A DNA stretch of 64,000 bases, taken from positions 6,758-70,757 of the IMG/VR virus record IMGVR_UViG_3300028299_000006. The stretch is one strand, 5' to 3'. Each line of letters starts with the position of its first letter. Position 1 is the stretch's first letter. The DNA is from a virus. Below, one piece after another: positions 21,417-31,722 of the stretch. A program made the position numbers and the translations under genes. A model generated the notes under the pieces. That model saw only the letters and a program-made list of their open reading frames with translations. It did not search any database and was not told where the DNA came from.

Positions 21417-21698
21417 ATGTGTAAAATGAAACATATTAAATTATTTGAAGATTTTGATGATATACAATGGGAAGAAGAAGAGGTGAATAATGATACACAA
21501 AGAGAGTTCACCCGCCCGAGTCCCTACAGCCGTGGATTTGTAATAGATTATAAAGGGGTGAAACAAAGACAAGAGGATGTTGTTTTTTGTAGAGAAGAAG
21601 GTGTCTATTGTTTGAGAAAGGACGCTAAGTGGTTTGACTTACCATTGGGGAGTTATATGACACCAGAAGGTATATTTATTGGAAATTGGAGTAAATAA
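21417..21698 (+). CDS. Hypothetical protein, MKHIKLFE family
   Basis: MKHIKLFEDFDDIQWEEE. Confidence 0.6.
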   Translation: MCKMKHIKLFEDFDDIQWEEEEVNNDTQREFTRPSPYSRGFVIDYKGVKQRQEDVVFCREEGVYCLRKDAKWFDLPLGSYMTPEGIFIGNWSK

Positions 21699-21710
21699 AA
21701 GAAAATAATT

Positions 21711-22013
21711 ATGATGTTAAATAAATATAATAATTTTATAAATGAAGACAAACTCTCATATGAGAATTATGAAATAGAGAATTTTAAATTCCTGAGTGGT
21801 GGATCAGATAGAGGAATGATTGAAATATATTTCAAAGATAGAAAAGAAACCAAAATAGATTATTTTATGATTCATCATTATGGTAACATCGCGTTTGATG
21901 CGTTCTATCCAGAAGATATATATCACGATTTAGTAAACTATGTTTATAGTAAATTACCAAGTGGGAAACTTAAAGATAACGCTAGAGAATATTACCACGA
22001 AATATTAAGATAA
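21711..22013 (+). CDS. Hypothetical protein
   Basis: MLNKYNNFINE start. Confidence 0.6.
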   Translation: MMLNKYNNFINEDKLSYENYEIENFKFLSGGSDRGMIEIYFKDRKETKIDYFMIHHYGNIAFDAFYPEDIYHDLVNYVYSKLPSGKLKDNAREYYHEILR

Positions 22014-22190
22014 TTAATTTACTTTTTTTCAAAAAATGAGTTATATTTGTAAACAAACTCAATGAGTTTTATATATAATAATAAGTATTAATAAACCATT
22101 TTGGTATTGGTGGTTTTGAGTAGGAACGACCTACTTTTGAGTTGTGATGAACAACGAAGAAACTAGTAATGCAAAAACAAAAAACAAAAA

Positions 22191-22892
22191 ATGGAGGCAA
22201 ATATGGCAAAACAAGGTTTAACCGAAATCGTTTCAATTATTGACAAATCTGGATCAATGATGGGACTAACTTCAAGAACAATTGAAGGATTCAATTCATT
22301 TCTAACAGAACAAAAAGAAGTTGAAGGAGAAGCAAATTTCTCAACTGTCTTATTTAGTTCACCTAACAGAGAACAAATAATTTTTGATAGTGTGGATATT
22401 AAAGAAGTTAATGAATTGAATGAAGAAAATTACAGATGTAATGGAACAACCGCACTTTATGACGCGGTTGGTAGGACAATTCGTGCAGTCAAAAAAAGAA
22501 TTAAAAATCTTCCAGAAGAAGAAAAACCAGAAAGAGTTCTTTTCGTTATTATTACTGATGGTGAAGAAAATAGTAGCCAAGAGTACAATAAAGAAAAAAT
22601 CTTTGAAATGATTAAAAAGAGGGAAGAAAAAAATGGTTGGGCATTTCTTTATTTAGGAGCTAATCAGGATTCTTTTGTTGAAGGTGGAAAAATGGGTGTT
22701 AGTAAAGCTAGAACTATGAATTACGCAGCGAATGGCGAAGGTGTTATGTTCGCGTACGCGAATTCAAGTAGTTTTTCAAAAAGATATAGAATGTCCGCTG
22801 ATCTAGATACAGCGAACTCTCTTAGTTTTAAAGACACCGAAGTAAAAACAACTAAAGATGTAGATGGAAAAAATACCACTGATAATAAATAA
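22191..22892 (+). CDS. von Willebrand factor A domain protein
   Basis: MIDAS DKSGSM, GTTALYDA, IITDGEENSS, FLYLGAN. Confidence 0.9.
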   Translation: MEANMAKQGLTEIVSIIDKSGSMMGLTSRTIEGFNSFLTEQKEVEGEANFSTVLFSSPNREQIIFDSVDIKEVNELNEENYRCNGTTALYDAVGRTIRAVKKRIKNLPEEEKPERVLFVIITDGEENSSQEYNKEKIFEMIKKREEKNGWAFLYLGANQDSFVEGGKMGVSKARTMNYAANGEGVMFAYANSSSFSKRYRMSADLDTANSLSFKDTEVKTTKDVDGKNTTDNK

Positions 22893-23268
22893 TTTCAGTG
22901 ATGGAAAAGTTATTTCCATAAAAGGAAATATAAACAATAATGAGGTTTATTTATACTTAGACACAGGGGCGTCTAGGAGTATAATTGATAAAAGGAAACT
23001 TGAAAAATTTACTTCTAAGACACCCTTGAAGTCTTTATCGCTGTCTGGAATACAATTTGATGTTGAAACAGAAGAGGTTGATATTAAAGATTTGAAAATT
23101 GGCAGTAAATCAATTGAAAAAAGATTTTATGTTGTTGATTTATTAAATCTAAATAATTCATTAACATCAAATTATATTCAGGTTATTGATGGGATAATTG
23201 GTAATGATGTATTGTTTGAATTAAATTCAATTATTGACTTAAAAGAAGGTGTTTTAATCATTGACTAA
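22864..23268 (+). CDS. Retropepsin-like aspartyl protease
   Basis: LDTGASRS and DGIIGND motifs. Confidence 0.85.
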   Translation: MEKIPLIINNFSDGKVISIKGNINNNEVYLYLDTGASRSIIDKRKLEKFTSKTPLKSLSLSGIQFDVETEEVDIKDLKIGSKSIEKRFYVVDLLNLNNSLTSNYIQVIDGIIGNDVLFELNSIIDLKEGVLIID

Positions 23269-23998
23269 ATATATTATCATAGGTTTCATATCCTAAATCA
23301 AATAATTTATCAACATATTTATTATTTCTTAACTTTTTGTATACGATATTTTCAACAGAGTATTCTCCTTTTCCTTCGTGTAACCCTTTCTTTCTAGCCG
23401 TTAATAATTTTTTCTTTAACTGTTCTATTTTCTTATAATAATCCTCATAATCTTCTGTTGATAAGGTCTTATCATTCAATCCACTTTCTAGTTTTTCTAT
23501 TGTATATGCCCATCTATTATATTTATCCTTAATATCATTCTCATCTACCTCAGGGTCAGTATATTCTGGTTTTTTTGCCCATTCATTATTTAATAATGAA
23601 AATAATCCAGTTGATTTATGATCTTCATTAATATCTTGAACATACATTTCAACATCCGCACCACGAATATTTATATCGTGTTTTAAATTCCATATGAATG
23701 ATTTTGACCTTAGTAATTCTCTAAGAACTTCCTTATCATCGTCATAATTTTCAAAATTAACTATGATATGAACATCCAAATCAGAATGATCCGTATAATT
23801 GAAATTACATAAAGAACCTGTTAATTTTACATCTTCTATTTCGAAATCTAATCCTAGTCCTTCAAAGAAATCTTTTGATAATTTTATTAATTTTTTTCTA
23901 ACACTATCATCAAATTCATAATCATTCCAGAATCTTTCACTTAGATTCTTATGAGTATAACTTTTTTCGTTTATGAACTGTGTATAGTTGAATATCAC
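23258..23998 (-). CDS. Pol-beta superfamily nucleotidyltransferase
   Basis: LTGSLCNFNY...SDLDVH, VEMYVQD, EYSVENIVYKKLR. Confidence 0.8.
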   Translation of the reverse strand: MIFNYTQFINEKSYTHKNLSERFWNDYEFDDSVRKKLIKLSKDFFEGLGLDFEIEDVKLTGSLCNFNYTDHSDLDVHIIVNFENYDDDKEVLRELLRSKSFIWNLKHDINIRGADVEMYVQDINEDHKSTGLFSLLNNEWAKKPEYTDPEVDENDIKDKYNRWAYTIEKLESGLNDKTLSTEDYEDYYKKIEQLKKKLLTARKKGLHEGKGEYSVENIVYKKLRNNKYVDKLFDLGYETYDNIFSQ

Positions 23999-24004
23999 TC
24001 ATTT

Positions 24005-24880
24005 TTAGTTATTTTTTAGTGTATAATCACGTTGATCATATCTTCTGAATGTATCCAAATATGGAAGAGCGTTATATTTTTTCTTTTTAGCTCCTGATCC
24101 AGTTAGTCTAACCGTACATCTAATACCAGCGTCTTTGTGTTTTGACATCCAACCTTGTTTTTTAGCGTACTCGTAATACGCGTTCGCGATGTGGTCATTT
24201 GTGTAATATACTCTATCCATAAATATACCTTTATCTGTTGTCCACACTAAAGCTCTAGAAACTAGTTTATTATCAGTATTTACTAGTATGGCTAATTTAC
24301 AAACTTCTGGATTATCAACATATAAATCCATTTGTTTTTGATTTCCCTCTCCTCTCATACAGGAATTATTAAGAGTTCCACCAGCTTTTTTATCATAATT
24401 TTGTTGATTATACCAGAATCTAATATCCTCACCTTCAACTAATCTTAATTTAATGTTACCAAGTAACATATCCATATGAGCTTTAAATTCATTAACAAAT
24501 AATTCTATTTCTCTAGGTTCAAATTCATCTGGAAATACTCTATTTATAATTCTCCCAATTTTCATGTCTTGTCTAAGTGGACTTTTATAAACTTCTAGTT
24601 TACCTTGTTCGTTTCGTGTCAACTTGGTTATTCTATCCTTAGGCATAAATGACAGTGTATCATTTTCCTCGGTTGTGTTGAAGAATGATAGTTCTGATGG
24701 TGTTTTTCTAATACTATCAGTAAGCTTTTCAGCGACCTTTTTAGATTTTGGGTTATTTGATAATGATCTCAAAATCTTTTTCAATTTTGTGGTCATTCTA
24801 ATTTTTACATTACCTTCTTCACTTTTCACTTCAAATATTTTTTTAATAGGTTTATCGTTTTTATAATCAGGGTATCTCAT
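24005..24880 (-). CDS. Hypothetical protein with SCM...RALVW...DRVY domain; paralog of 48386
   Basis: LVEGEDIRFWY, GTLNNSCMR, PYLDTF. Confidence 0.7.
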   Translation of the reverse strand: MRYPDYKNDKPIKKIFEVKSEEGNVKIRMTTKLKKILRSLSNNPKSKKVAEKLTDSIRKTPSELSFFNTTEENDTLSFMPKDRITKLTRNEQGKLEVYKSPLRQDMKIGRIINRVFPDEFEPREIELFVNEFKAHMDMLLGNIKLRLVEGEDIRFWYNQQNYDKKAGGTLNNSCMRGEGNQKQMDLYVDNPEVCKLAILVNTDNKLVSRALVWTTDKGIFMDRVYYTNDHIANAYYEYAKKQGWMSKHKDAGIRCTVRLTGSGAKKKKYNALPYLDTFRRYDQRDYTLKNN

Positions 24881-24961
24881 AATAATCCAGTATATTTTTT
24901 ATTATATATTAAAACCACAAATCAATTTTTTTATTTTTTAAAGAAAATCGGATTTGTGATT

Positions 24962-25165
24962 TTAACTTTCTGGATCACCTACAAATTCATCATCATTTGG
25001 TGTATTTGAGATGATAGGAATTTCAGGAATAGTTTTAATATCTGAGTCTTCGTAAGTAACTTCAGGAACAATTACATTAATCTCTGTTTTTTCCAATTTA
25101 CTTACTTTTTTTTCTAATTTAGAGACTTTCTTTGATAATTTTTTAATAACTTTTTTCGTTTTCAT
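24962..25165 (-). CDS. Small protein with KKVSKLE repeat (coiled coil)
   Basis: 67 aa ORF. Confidence 0.5.
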   Translation of the reverse strand: MKTKKVIKKLSKKVSKLEKKVSKLEKTEINVIVPEVTYEDSDIKTIPEIPIISNTPNDDEFVGDPES

Positions 25166-25302
25166 AATATTTTTTTTATCAAATATAATATTTTATAGAT
25201 TAAAAAAAAATAAAATTTTTCATTTCTAGATAAAAATAGAAAAAAATCATTATTTTTTATTTATATACTGTGATTGTGGAAACAGTTTTAGTATGTGGTA
25301 GT

Positions 25303-27495
25303 TCATGGATATACATATTTAATACCATTTTTTATAGCTATTTCTTTTACTTTCATAATAGTTTCCATAGATTCTCGTGGGACTTCACTCATTTTATATC
25401 TAGGGGAGAATGGAATTAAATGTACTGGAACATCCTCAAATCCATTGTCAAATAACCAGTTGTACATATTTTCTATTTCCCCAATATCATCGGTATGGCC
25501 TGGTATTATAAGATTAGTTATCTCTAACCATACTTTACTATCTTTTAATGTTTTTAATGTTTCTAGTACTGGATATAAACTACCTTTAGTTATCTTACGA
25601 TATTTATCATCATTAAAAACTTTCAAGTCTATATTCGCAGCGTCCATATATTCTATTAATTCTTCTAGTGGTTTTGGGTTTATATATCCATTTGATACCA
25701 TTATATTCTTTATTCCTCGTTCTTTCGCTAGTTTCGCGATATCTAACATATATTCATAGTATATTGTTGGTTCTGTGTATGTGTATGATATTGATTTACA
25801 ACCTTTTGATAAACAATCATTTATTATATCCAATGGGGTGATATTTGTCTCTCTATCCAATGGAGCTTGTGATATACCACTATTTTGACAGTTTAGACAC
25901 TTGAAATTACATCCATTACAAGATAATGAATACGTTAAAGTTCCTGGTAAAAAATGACGAAGTGGCTTTTTTTCAACTGGATCCATCGCCCCAGTTATAC
26001 TTGGGTTGTTATAAACTAATGAATATAAAATCCCATTTATGTTTTTTCTAGCGGTACATATACCAATTTGACCATTTGATAATTTACAATTATGTGGACA
26101 AAGATTACATATTACATTATTATCATCTTTCATGTAATACATCGCTTCCTTATATTTTGGTTTTTCATCAAATACAATCGCTTCGTAGGTGTAAATATTA
26201 GCGTCTTTCCAATCTTTCCAACCTAATCCCATTTTAGAACTAGAGCACTGTCCTAAAAATTCTTCCTTTGTCCATCCTGTTTCTGTAGCGACTTGTGGTA
26301 GAAAAGTTCCACTTCTGCTGTTTTTTTCCATATAAATACCATGTTTTCCAAGAATTATTTCATCAATATTATCAATTTTTTTAAATGGGGTTAAAACGGA
26401 TATCTCTATTTTTATTTTATCTAGTTCATCTTCAGTTACTTTATTAAATCTAGTATCTCTTGTTGAAGAACTAATTGTCATTTCTTTAACAACATCACAT
26501 AACCAATAATTTGGAGAAAATAATCCTATACATCCTCTTAGATTTCCATCAATTTTCAGTGTAACGAACGCTCCCATATTTACCTTAACATTATCCGATA
26601 AGTCATCTAACCGTTCTTTATCAATTTTATTATATTTAATTAGATTTGTTAATGTAGTTCGTGATATTTTTAATAAATCCTCTTTATCTTTTTCTGTTAA
26701 AATATCCTTTTCTTTTTCTTTATAAAATCCAATAGAATAATATCCAACAACTTTACTGTGTCCATTAGTTACATCACCAGATGTTCTATTACTTATTATT
26801 TTACCTTTTATATTCTCATCTTTTAATATGTTCATAAGAATTAATATAGAAGACCACCCACAACACCTAGTTACTAGATGTTCATATCCTAATTTTTCTG
26901 TTTCGGATAAAAATCCATCAATGTCTAAATTTATTATCTTTTCTACTATTTCACTGTCTAGTTTTACCGCGTTTTCATGAGATGGATAATGAGAAAAATC
27001 TGAACTTATTATGAATAAATTATTTCCATTGAAATATTTTTTCAAAGAATTTGATATTGATATAAGATTATTTCTGTTACTATCACCAATCATAATTGGA
27101 ATAATTTTAACATATGGTAATAAATTTTTGACAAATGGTAGTTGAATTTCTAAATTATGATCACCAACTAAAATACTATTATCCTTAAAAAATAGATTAT
27201 TATCATTAATTAATTCGGTACATATCTCTTTATTTATAGATAATTCATTATAATTATCATCATCTATTAGACACCCACCTTTATATACAGTTTTATGACT
27301 TGTTCCTATAATAAATACATTATCATATTTATCAATTTGTTTATATCCATCTGATGCGATTTGACCAGAAAAATAATAACCCGCGTGTGGGACAATTATG
27401 GATAGAACATTATCAATAGTTTTCTCAGAAATATCTAAGAAGTTTTTCGTATCACGACCTCCTATAAATTGTTTTGTAATTTCACTTAATTCCAT
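25303..27495 (-). CDS. AmmeMemoRadiSAM triple fusion: MEMO1-like, AMMECR1 and radical SAM domains
   Basis: VPHAGY, HNLEIQLPF, SSDFSHY; GAFVTL..LRGCIG, GTFLPQVA; CNLCPHNC, DPVEKKPL, CNFKCLNC, YTEP. Confidence 0.9.
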   Translation of the reverse strand: MELSEITKQFIGGRDTKNFLDISEKTIDNVLSIIVPHAGYYFSGQIASDGYKQIDKYDNVFIIGTSHKTVYKGGCLIDDDNYNELSINKEICTELINDNNLFFKDNSILVGDHNLEIQLPFVKNLLPYVKIIPIMIGDSNRNNLISISNSLKKYFNGNNLFIISSDFSHYPSHENAVKLDSEIVEKIINLDIDGFLSETEKLGYEHLVTRCCGWSSILILMNILKDENIKGKIISNRTSGDVTNGHSKVVGYYSIGFYKEKEKDILTEKDKEDLLKISRTTLTNLIKYNKIDKERLDDLSDNVKVNMGAFVTLKIDGNLRGCIGLFSPNYWLCDVVKEMTISSSTRDTRFNKVTEDELDKIKIEISVLTPFKKIDNIDEIILGKHGIYMEKNSRSGTFLPQVATETGWTKEEFLGQCSSSKMGLGWKDWKDANIYTYEAIVFDEKPKYKEAMYYMKDDNNVICNLCPHNCKLSNGQIGICTARKNINGILYSLVYNNPSITGAMDPVEKKPLRHFLPGTLTYSLSCNGCNFKCLNCQNSGISQAPLDRETNITPLDIINDCLSKGCKSISYTYTEPTIYYEYMLDIAKLAKERGIKNIMVSNGYINPKPLEELIEYMDAANIDLKVFNDDKYRKITKGSLYPVLETLKTLKDSKVWLEITNLIIPGHTDDIGEIENMYNWLFDNGFEDVPVHLIPFSPRYKMSEVPRESMETIMKVKEIAIKNGIKYVYP

Positions 27496-27730
27496 ATTTG
27501 TGTTTAAATTCTTTATTAATCATATCTATAATTCTTTTTGATCTATCTTCCGATCCATCATAATGAATTGGGTCAATTATAATATCAATATTTTTATGAA
27601 ATCCATATTTATCTTTTTCGTTTAGAGTCACTCTATATAAATTCTCTATAACCCCTTTCATATCTTTTCTATATTCAACTTTAGATTCATTGATTTTATT
27701 TTCTATTATTGAAATTAATATATCATTCAT
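27482..27730 (-). CDS. Hypothetical protein
   Basis: 82 aa ORF. Confidence 0.5.
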   Translation of the reverse strand: MNDILISIIENKINESKVEYRKDMKGVIENLYRVTLNEKDKYGFHKNIDIIIDPIHYDGSEDRSKRIIDMINKEFKHKYGIK

Positions 27731-27828
27731 AATTTTAATTTTTTTTTAATTTATATACATTTGAGGTGGTTTTGTTTGACAAAATAACTATAAAATTTAT
27801 TTAATATATAAAAGAAAAAGTTGATCTT

Positions 27829-28200
27829 ATGAAAGCTATAAAAAAATTCTTTAAATTTTTAGCGTCTTGGAGTGAATTGGTTACAATACCGTTGGGAATT
27901 ATATTGTGGTATTTTAGTCCTTATTTACTACATATGATGGATAAAACCGCCGCGACTTATGATGCTGGTATTTTCCAGATAATATTGTTCGCGATCATTC
28001 AATTCTTTATTTTTTCTGGTGTTATATGGGTTTATATAAAAATCACATTTCCAGAAGTTTACAAATATCTAGATGATGCGTTAGGTGAAAATTTAGATAC
28101 AAAAAATGACAAAATGACACAATGGGAAAAATCAAAAGTTGTATTATGGTTATTATCCTTATTTTTACTTTCAATTATACTATTGGCCAGAATAATGTAA
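27829..28200 (+). CDS. Three-TM membrane protein, holin candidate
   Basis: Three hydrophobic segments; overlaps the downstream lysin gene. Confidence 0.55.
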   Translation: MKAIKKFFKFLASWSELVTIPLGIILWYFSPYLLHMMDKTAATYDAGIFQIILFAIIQFFIFSGVIWVYIKITFPEVYKYLDDALGENLDTKNDKMTQWEKSKVVLWLLSLFLLSIILLARIM

Positions 28201-28859
28201 TAGAACATAAAGTAAAATCAGGAGAATACTTATCGTTAATCGCAAATAAATATGATATAACAGTTAGTGATCTTAAAGAATATAATGGATTAACTACTAA
28301 TATGATATATGTTGATCAAATTCTTTTAATACCAAGTAAAGATGATTATAGTCCATCCTTTCAGTATAGTATGTATGATAACCTAAATATGAATGAACGT
28401 GCGTGTTTGAAATATTATTATGATAGTCAACTAGGTGTCAGAGAATTAACTGGTAACAATGATGGATTTATGGTTGAAAAATATCTAAAATCAGCGGGTT
28501 TGGGCAAGGGTTACGCATGGTGTGCTTCATTTGTTAATTGGGTATATTTCCAATGTGGAGATACTTTAAAACTTTCTTCACCCGCTTGGGTTCCAAGTTA
28601 TTTTCCTAGAAGTAGGTTAATATATGTTAGAGGAGGATTTCAAACCCGACAACCAGTTTTTGGTGATCTTATAGGAATATATTTTCAAAGTAAAGGTAGA
28701 TTAGCTCATATAGGATTTTATGATGGTGAAAATAGTGAATATTATTTCACAGTGGAAGGAAATACAAACGAAGAAGGATCAAGAGAAGGAGATGGTGTCT
28801 ATAGAAAAAGAAGAATTAAAAGACAAGTTCATTCTATAAGTTCTTGGGTTGAGAAATGA
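28122..28859 (+). CDS. Signal peptide-LysM-CHAP peptidoglycan hydrolase
   Basis: HKVKSGEYLSLIANKY LysM; AWCASFV, AHIGF, TVEGNT CHAP motifs. Confidence 0.85.
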   Translation: MGKIKSCIMVIILIFTFNYTIGQNNVIEHKVKSGEYLSLIANKYDITVSDLKEYNGLTTNMIYVDQILLIPSKDDYSPSFQYSMYDNLNMNERACLKYYYDSQLGVRELTGNNDGFMVEKYLKSAGLGKGYAWCASFVNWVYFQCGDTLKLSSPAWVPSYFPRSRLIYVRGGFQTRQPVFGDLIGIYFQSKGRLAHIGFYDGENSEYYFTVEGNTNEEGSREGDGVYRKRRIKRQVHSISSWVEK

Positions 28860-28914
28860 AAAAAAATTTAATATAATAATTTTTTATTATTATATTTAAT
28901 TACTATTTGTATAA

Positions 28915-29538
28915 ATGGATAATATAACTATAATAAATAATTTGATTCATCACATAAAACATGGTGAATTGGAATGGAATCATTATAAAGATGATCCAGA
29001 TATGGGATCTTCATATGAAGAACACTTTGTTACTAGGTATAATATAAAAGAGACTAAAAAATCTTTCCGAATAGTCGTTACTCAAAGATTTTTGAATAAA
29101 GGTGGTGGTAATAATTATTATATGAGTATGTATATTGATAAAAAAATAGGAAAAACTATTAGTACCACAAAATCTAGAACATTATACTACTCTGATTATC
29201 ATGATATTTTTTTGATATTTGTACTTATAAAATATAAATATTACTTAAAACATAATATTGGTGATCAACGATATATTGAGTTTTTAAAAAGGCAAACAGA
29301 ATCCAATAATATTAAATGGGAAAAAACTTCAGAATATTCATATATATCCTATATTGTGGATCATCCATCTTCACCAAAAGAAAAATTTTGTATCAAGGTA
29401 TACAAAAATTCCGCAAATTTTCTTATAAGAAAATGGAGTGGTTTGGGTAATGAAGATACCGCGATTAGTTATATAAATAACACGAATGATTTATTTGATT
29501 TTATAAAAAAATATAAATTTGATGAATCAGAAGGATAG
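28915..29538 (+). CDS. Tandem paralog 1 of a duplicated-domain family
   Basis: LI....L.W...E...Y.I...K pattern twice; YY.D...IF.LF..IKYKY linker. Confidence 0.7.
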   Translation: MDNITIINNLIHHIKHGELEWNHYKDDPDMGSSYEEHFVTRYNIKETKKSFRIVVTQRFLNKGGGNNYYMSMYIDKKIGKTISTTKSRTLYYSDYHDIFLIFVLIKYKYYLKHNIGDQRYIEFLKRQTESNNIKWEKTSEYSYISYIVDHPSSPKEKFCIKVYKNSANFLIRKWSGLGNEDTAISYINNTNDLFDFIKKYKFDESEG

Positions 29539-30106
29539 AGGTAAGATAATAAGTAGATTGATGGAATCTGTTCGTAATAACAAGTTACAATGGGAATATT
29601 ATTATAATAGTTTTGATGAGGAAAGATACACTTGTTTATACCTTATAACTAAAAATAAAAATGTTAGAATAGAATTAACTCAAAAGAAATTAAGTGGTAA
29701 TTATGGGTATAATTATTATGTTTATATTTTTATTGATAAAGAAAGAAGTAGTACGCCAATAATTAAAATGTATTACAATGATTATCCAGATATTTTTAAA
29801 TTATTTATATTTGTTAAATATAGATATCATTTAGATTCTTTGGGTAGAGAGAATTTCATTGAAAAATTAAAAAAAGAAACATTATCTAGTAGAATTAAAT
29901 GGATTAAAAATCAATATTATTATGTAGGAATTATAATAAAAGAGGATAAACCAGATGATGTTTTTCAAATATGCGTCTATAAAAATATTATATATCTTAG
30001 TATTTCTCCAAAAACTAATTTATCTACCCATTTCGTTGTAAACCATTTTGAAACTGACTTATACGAGTTTTTAGAAAAAAATATTGAATCAAAAGATGTT
30101 GAATAA
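29519..30106 (+). CDS. Tandem paralog 2
   Basis: Same motifs as 28915. Confidence 0.7.
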   Translation: MMNQKDRGKIISRLMESVRNNKLQWEYYYNSFDEERYTCLYLITKNKNVRIELTQKKLSGNYGYNYYVYIFIDKERSSTPIIKMYYNDYPDIFKLFIFVKYRYHLDSLGRENFIEKLKKETLSSRIKWIKNQYYYVGIIIKEDKPDDVFQICVYKNIIYLSISPKTNLSTHFVVNHFETDLYEFLEKNIESKDVE

Positions 30107-30662
30107 TGATAAAATATTAAAAAATCTGATAGAAAAGGTTGAAAATAGTGAATTATCCTGGACTCGTAATATTATTGGAGATAGTACAGAATCATATACT
30201 TGTGATTATAATATAACAAAAGATAAGATTTTCAAAATTGAAATTTATCAAACTAAATTATGTCACGGATATAATTATTATATATATTTAAGTATGACAA
30301 AAAATGGTAATAGAATAAAGAAAGGTACAAAACATAGAATATATTATCAAGATAATCACGAAATTTTTAAATTATTCTTATTGATAAAATATAAATATTA
30401 TTTAAGTATATTTGGAGAACGTAGATATATAGAACAATTAAAAGAGGATACATTATCTAGTGAGATGAAATGGAGAAGTCATGGACTTTTTTTTACCACT
30501 GATTTAATAAATTGTGATCAACCAAAAGAACAATTTTGTTTATATGTTTGGAAAGGTAAAGTGGTTATTTTTAGTTTAAAAAAAGACAAATTTATCAAAG
30601 ATGAAATAAATTATATTAACGATAGAGGCCTTTATGAATTTTTAAAAAATAATGTTGAATAA
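30084..30662 (+). CDS. Tandem paralog 3
   Basis: Same motifs as 28915. Confidence 0.7.
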   Translation: MNQKMLNNDKILKNLIEKVENSELSWTRNIIGDSTESYTCDYNITKDKIFKIEIYQTKLCHGYNYYIYLSMTKNGNRIKKGTKHRIYYQDNHEIFKLFLLIKYKYYLSIFGERRYIEQLKEDTLSSEMKWRSHGLFFTTDLINCDQPKEQFCLYVWKGKVVIFSLKKDKFIKDEINYINDRGLYEFLKNNVE

Positions 30663-31270
30663 TGAAGATATTTTCTAAATTTAGTACTGAAGATTTTGTT
30701 AGAAACTTAATAGATAAGATTAATGATATAAACTGGAAAAAATCTGTAAATATTCATAATGATGAAATATTTAGCTTTCTTGAAAAAGTTTCCGATAAAA
30801 AGTCATTTAGAATTCAAGTTCATCAAAAAGAGACACCTAGAGTTGGATTCTATAACTATCTAATTGAAATTTATATAGTTACACTAGAGAGAATAAAAAA
30901 AGTAAAGACAATTTATTATTCAGAAGTTAACAATATTTTTCATTTGTTTTTAAAAGTGAAATATAAATATTTTATTGATAAGTATGGAGAAGATGATATT
31001 ATAAACGAAATAATAGTGTTAACAAAACACAAAGAAATAAAATGGCGAAAGATACCATGGGAATATGATGGTGTAAAAGTTTTAGTAAATAAATCATTTT
31101 ATTATGAATCAGATATAGTCAGTGTATCAACTCCAACTAAAACACTTAGAGTATCTGTTTATAGAGATGTTATGTATATGAAACTAGTTAGTGAAGATTT
31201 AACTATTCATAAACCAATAAATACAGTTAGATCTGATTTATATTCATTTTTAAAAGACTTTGGAATTTAA
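30662..31270 (+). CDS. Tandem paralog 4
   Basis: Same motifs as 28915. Confidence 0.7.
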   Translation: MKIFSKFSTEDFVRNLIDKINDINWKKSVNIHNDEIFSFLEKVSDKKSFRIQVHQKETPRVGFYNYLIEIYIVTLERIKKVKTIYYSEVNNIFHLFLKVKYKYFIDKYGEDDIINEIIVLTKHKEIKWRKIPWEYDGVKVLVNKSFYYESDIVSVSTPTKTLRVSVYRDVMYMKLVSEDLTIHKPINTVRSDLYSFLKDFGI

Positions 31271-31384
31271 ACACAATCACAACGTAAAATATTGATTTGC
31301 GTAGAAACAACTATATTTTCAGTGTAGTCGTGGATTTGGAATAGCTTCACGAAACACATATAAGAAAAATATTAGAAACAATAA

Positions 31385-31416
31385 TTTGGAGAATTAAAAA
31401 ATTGTTCGTATCTTTG
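31385..31416 (+). promoter_or_regulatory. Bacteroidota-type housekeeping promoter (-33 TTTG, -7 TAnnTTTG)
   Basis: TTTG 31385-31388, 20-nt spacer, TATCTTTG 31409-31416; similar -7 boxes near 17946, 22042 and 37557. Confidence 0.6.
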
Positions 31417-31491
31417 TATAACAAAAATGGAAAAAATTGACTTTTTTCCATAACTATATAAAAGCGAAGTCAAAAAATAATATTAATAATT

Positions 31492-31665
31492 ATGAAAATT
31501 AAAAAAGTTGATGAATTTGGAAAGGTAACAGAAGAGTTAGATATGGCTGACCCTAAGAATAAACTAAATAAAAATATAGTTGATTCTAGATTACAGAATA
31601 TTGAAATCAAAAAAGAATTAAAAGCAGCGATAAATCAATTACTAAGAGTAATAGATAAATTATAA
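31492..31665 (+). CDS. Small hypothetical protein, 57 aa (missing from ORF track)
   Basis: MKIKKVDEFGKVTEELDMADPKNKLNKNIVDSRLQNIEIKKELKAAINQLLRVIDKL. Confidence 0.55.
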   Translation: MKIKKVDEFGKVTEELDMADPKNKLNKNIVDSRLQNIEIKKELKAAINQLLRVIDKL

Positions 31666-31722
31666 AAAAATAAACTTTTTTAATAAAAGAAATATAAATA
31701 AATAAATTTGGAGGATTATAAA

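Noticed and set aside
22099-22176. Hammerhead ribozyme (TGATGA...GAAA)
   Set aside because: No CUGAUGA core, and GATGA sits in a hairpin loop rather than a junction.
23258-23998. CCA-adding enzyme for the CCA-less tRNA genes
   Set aside because: Only the generic Pol-beta GS..DxD motif is visible; class II CCA motifs (GGAVRD, RRD) are absent.
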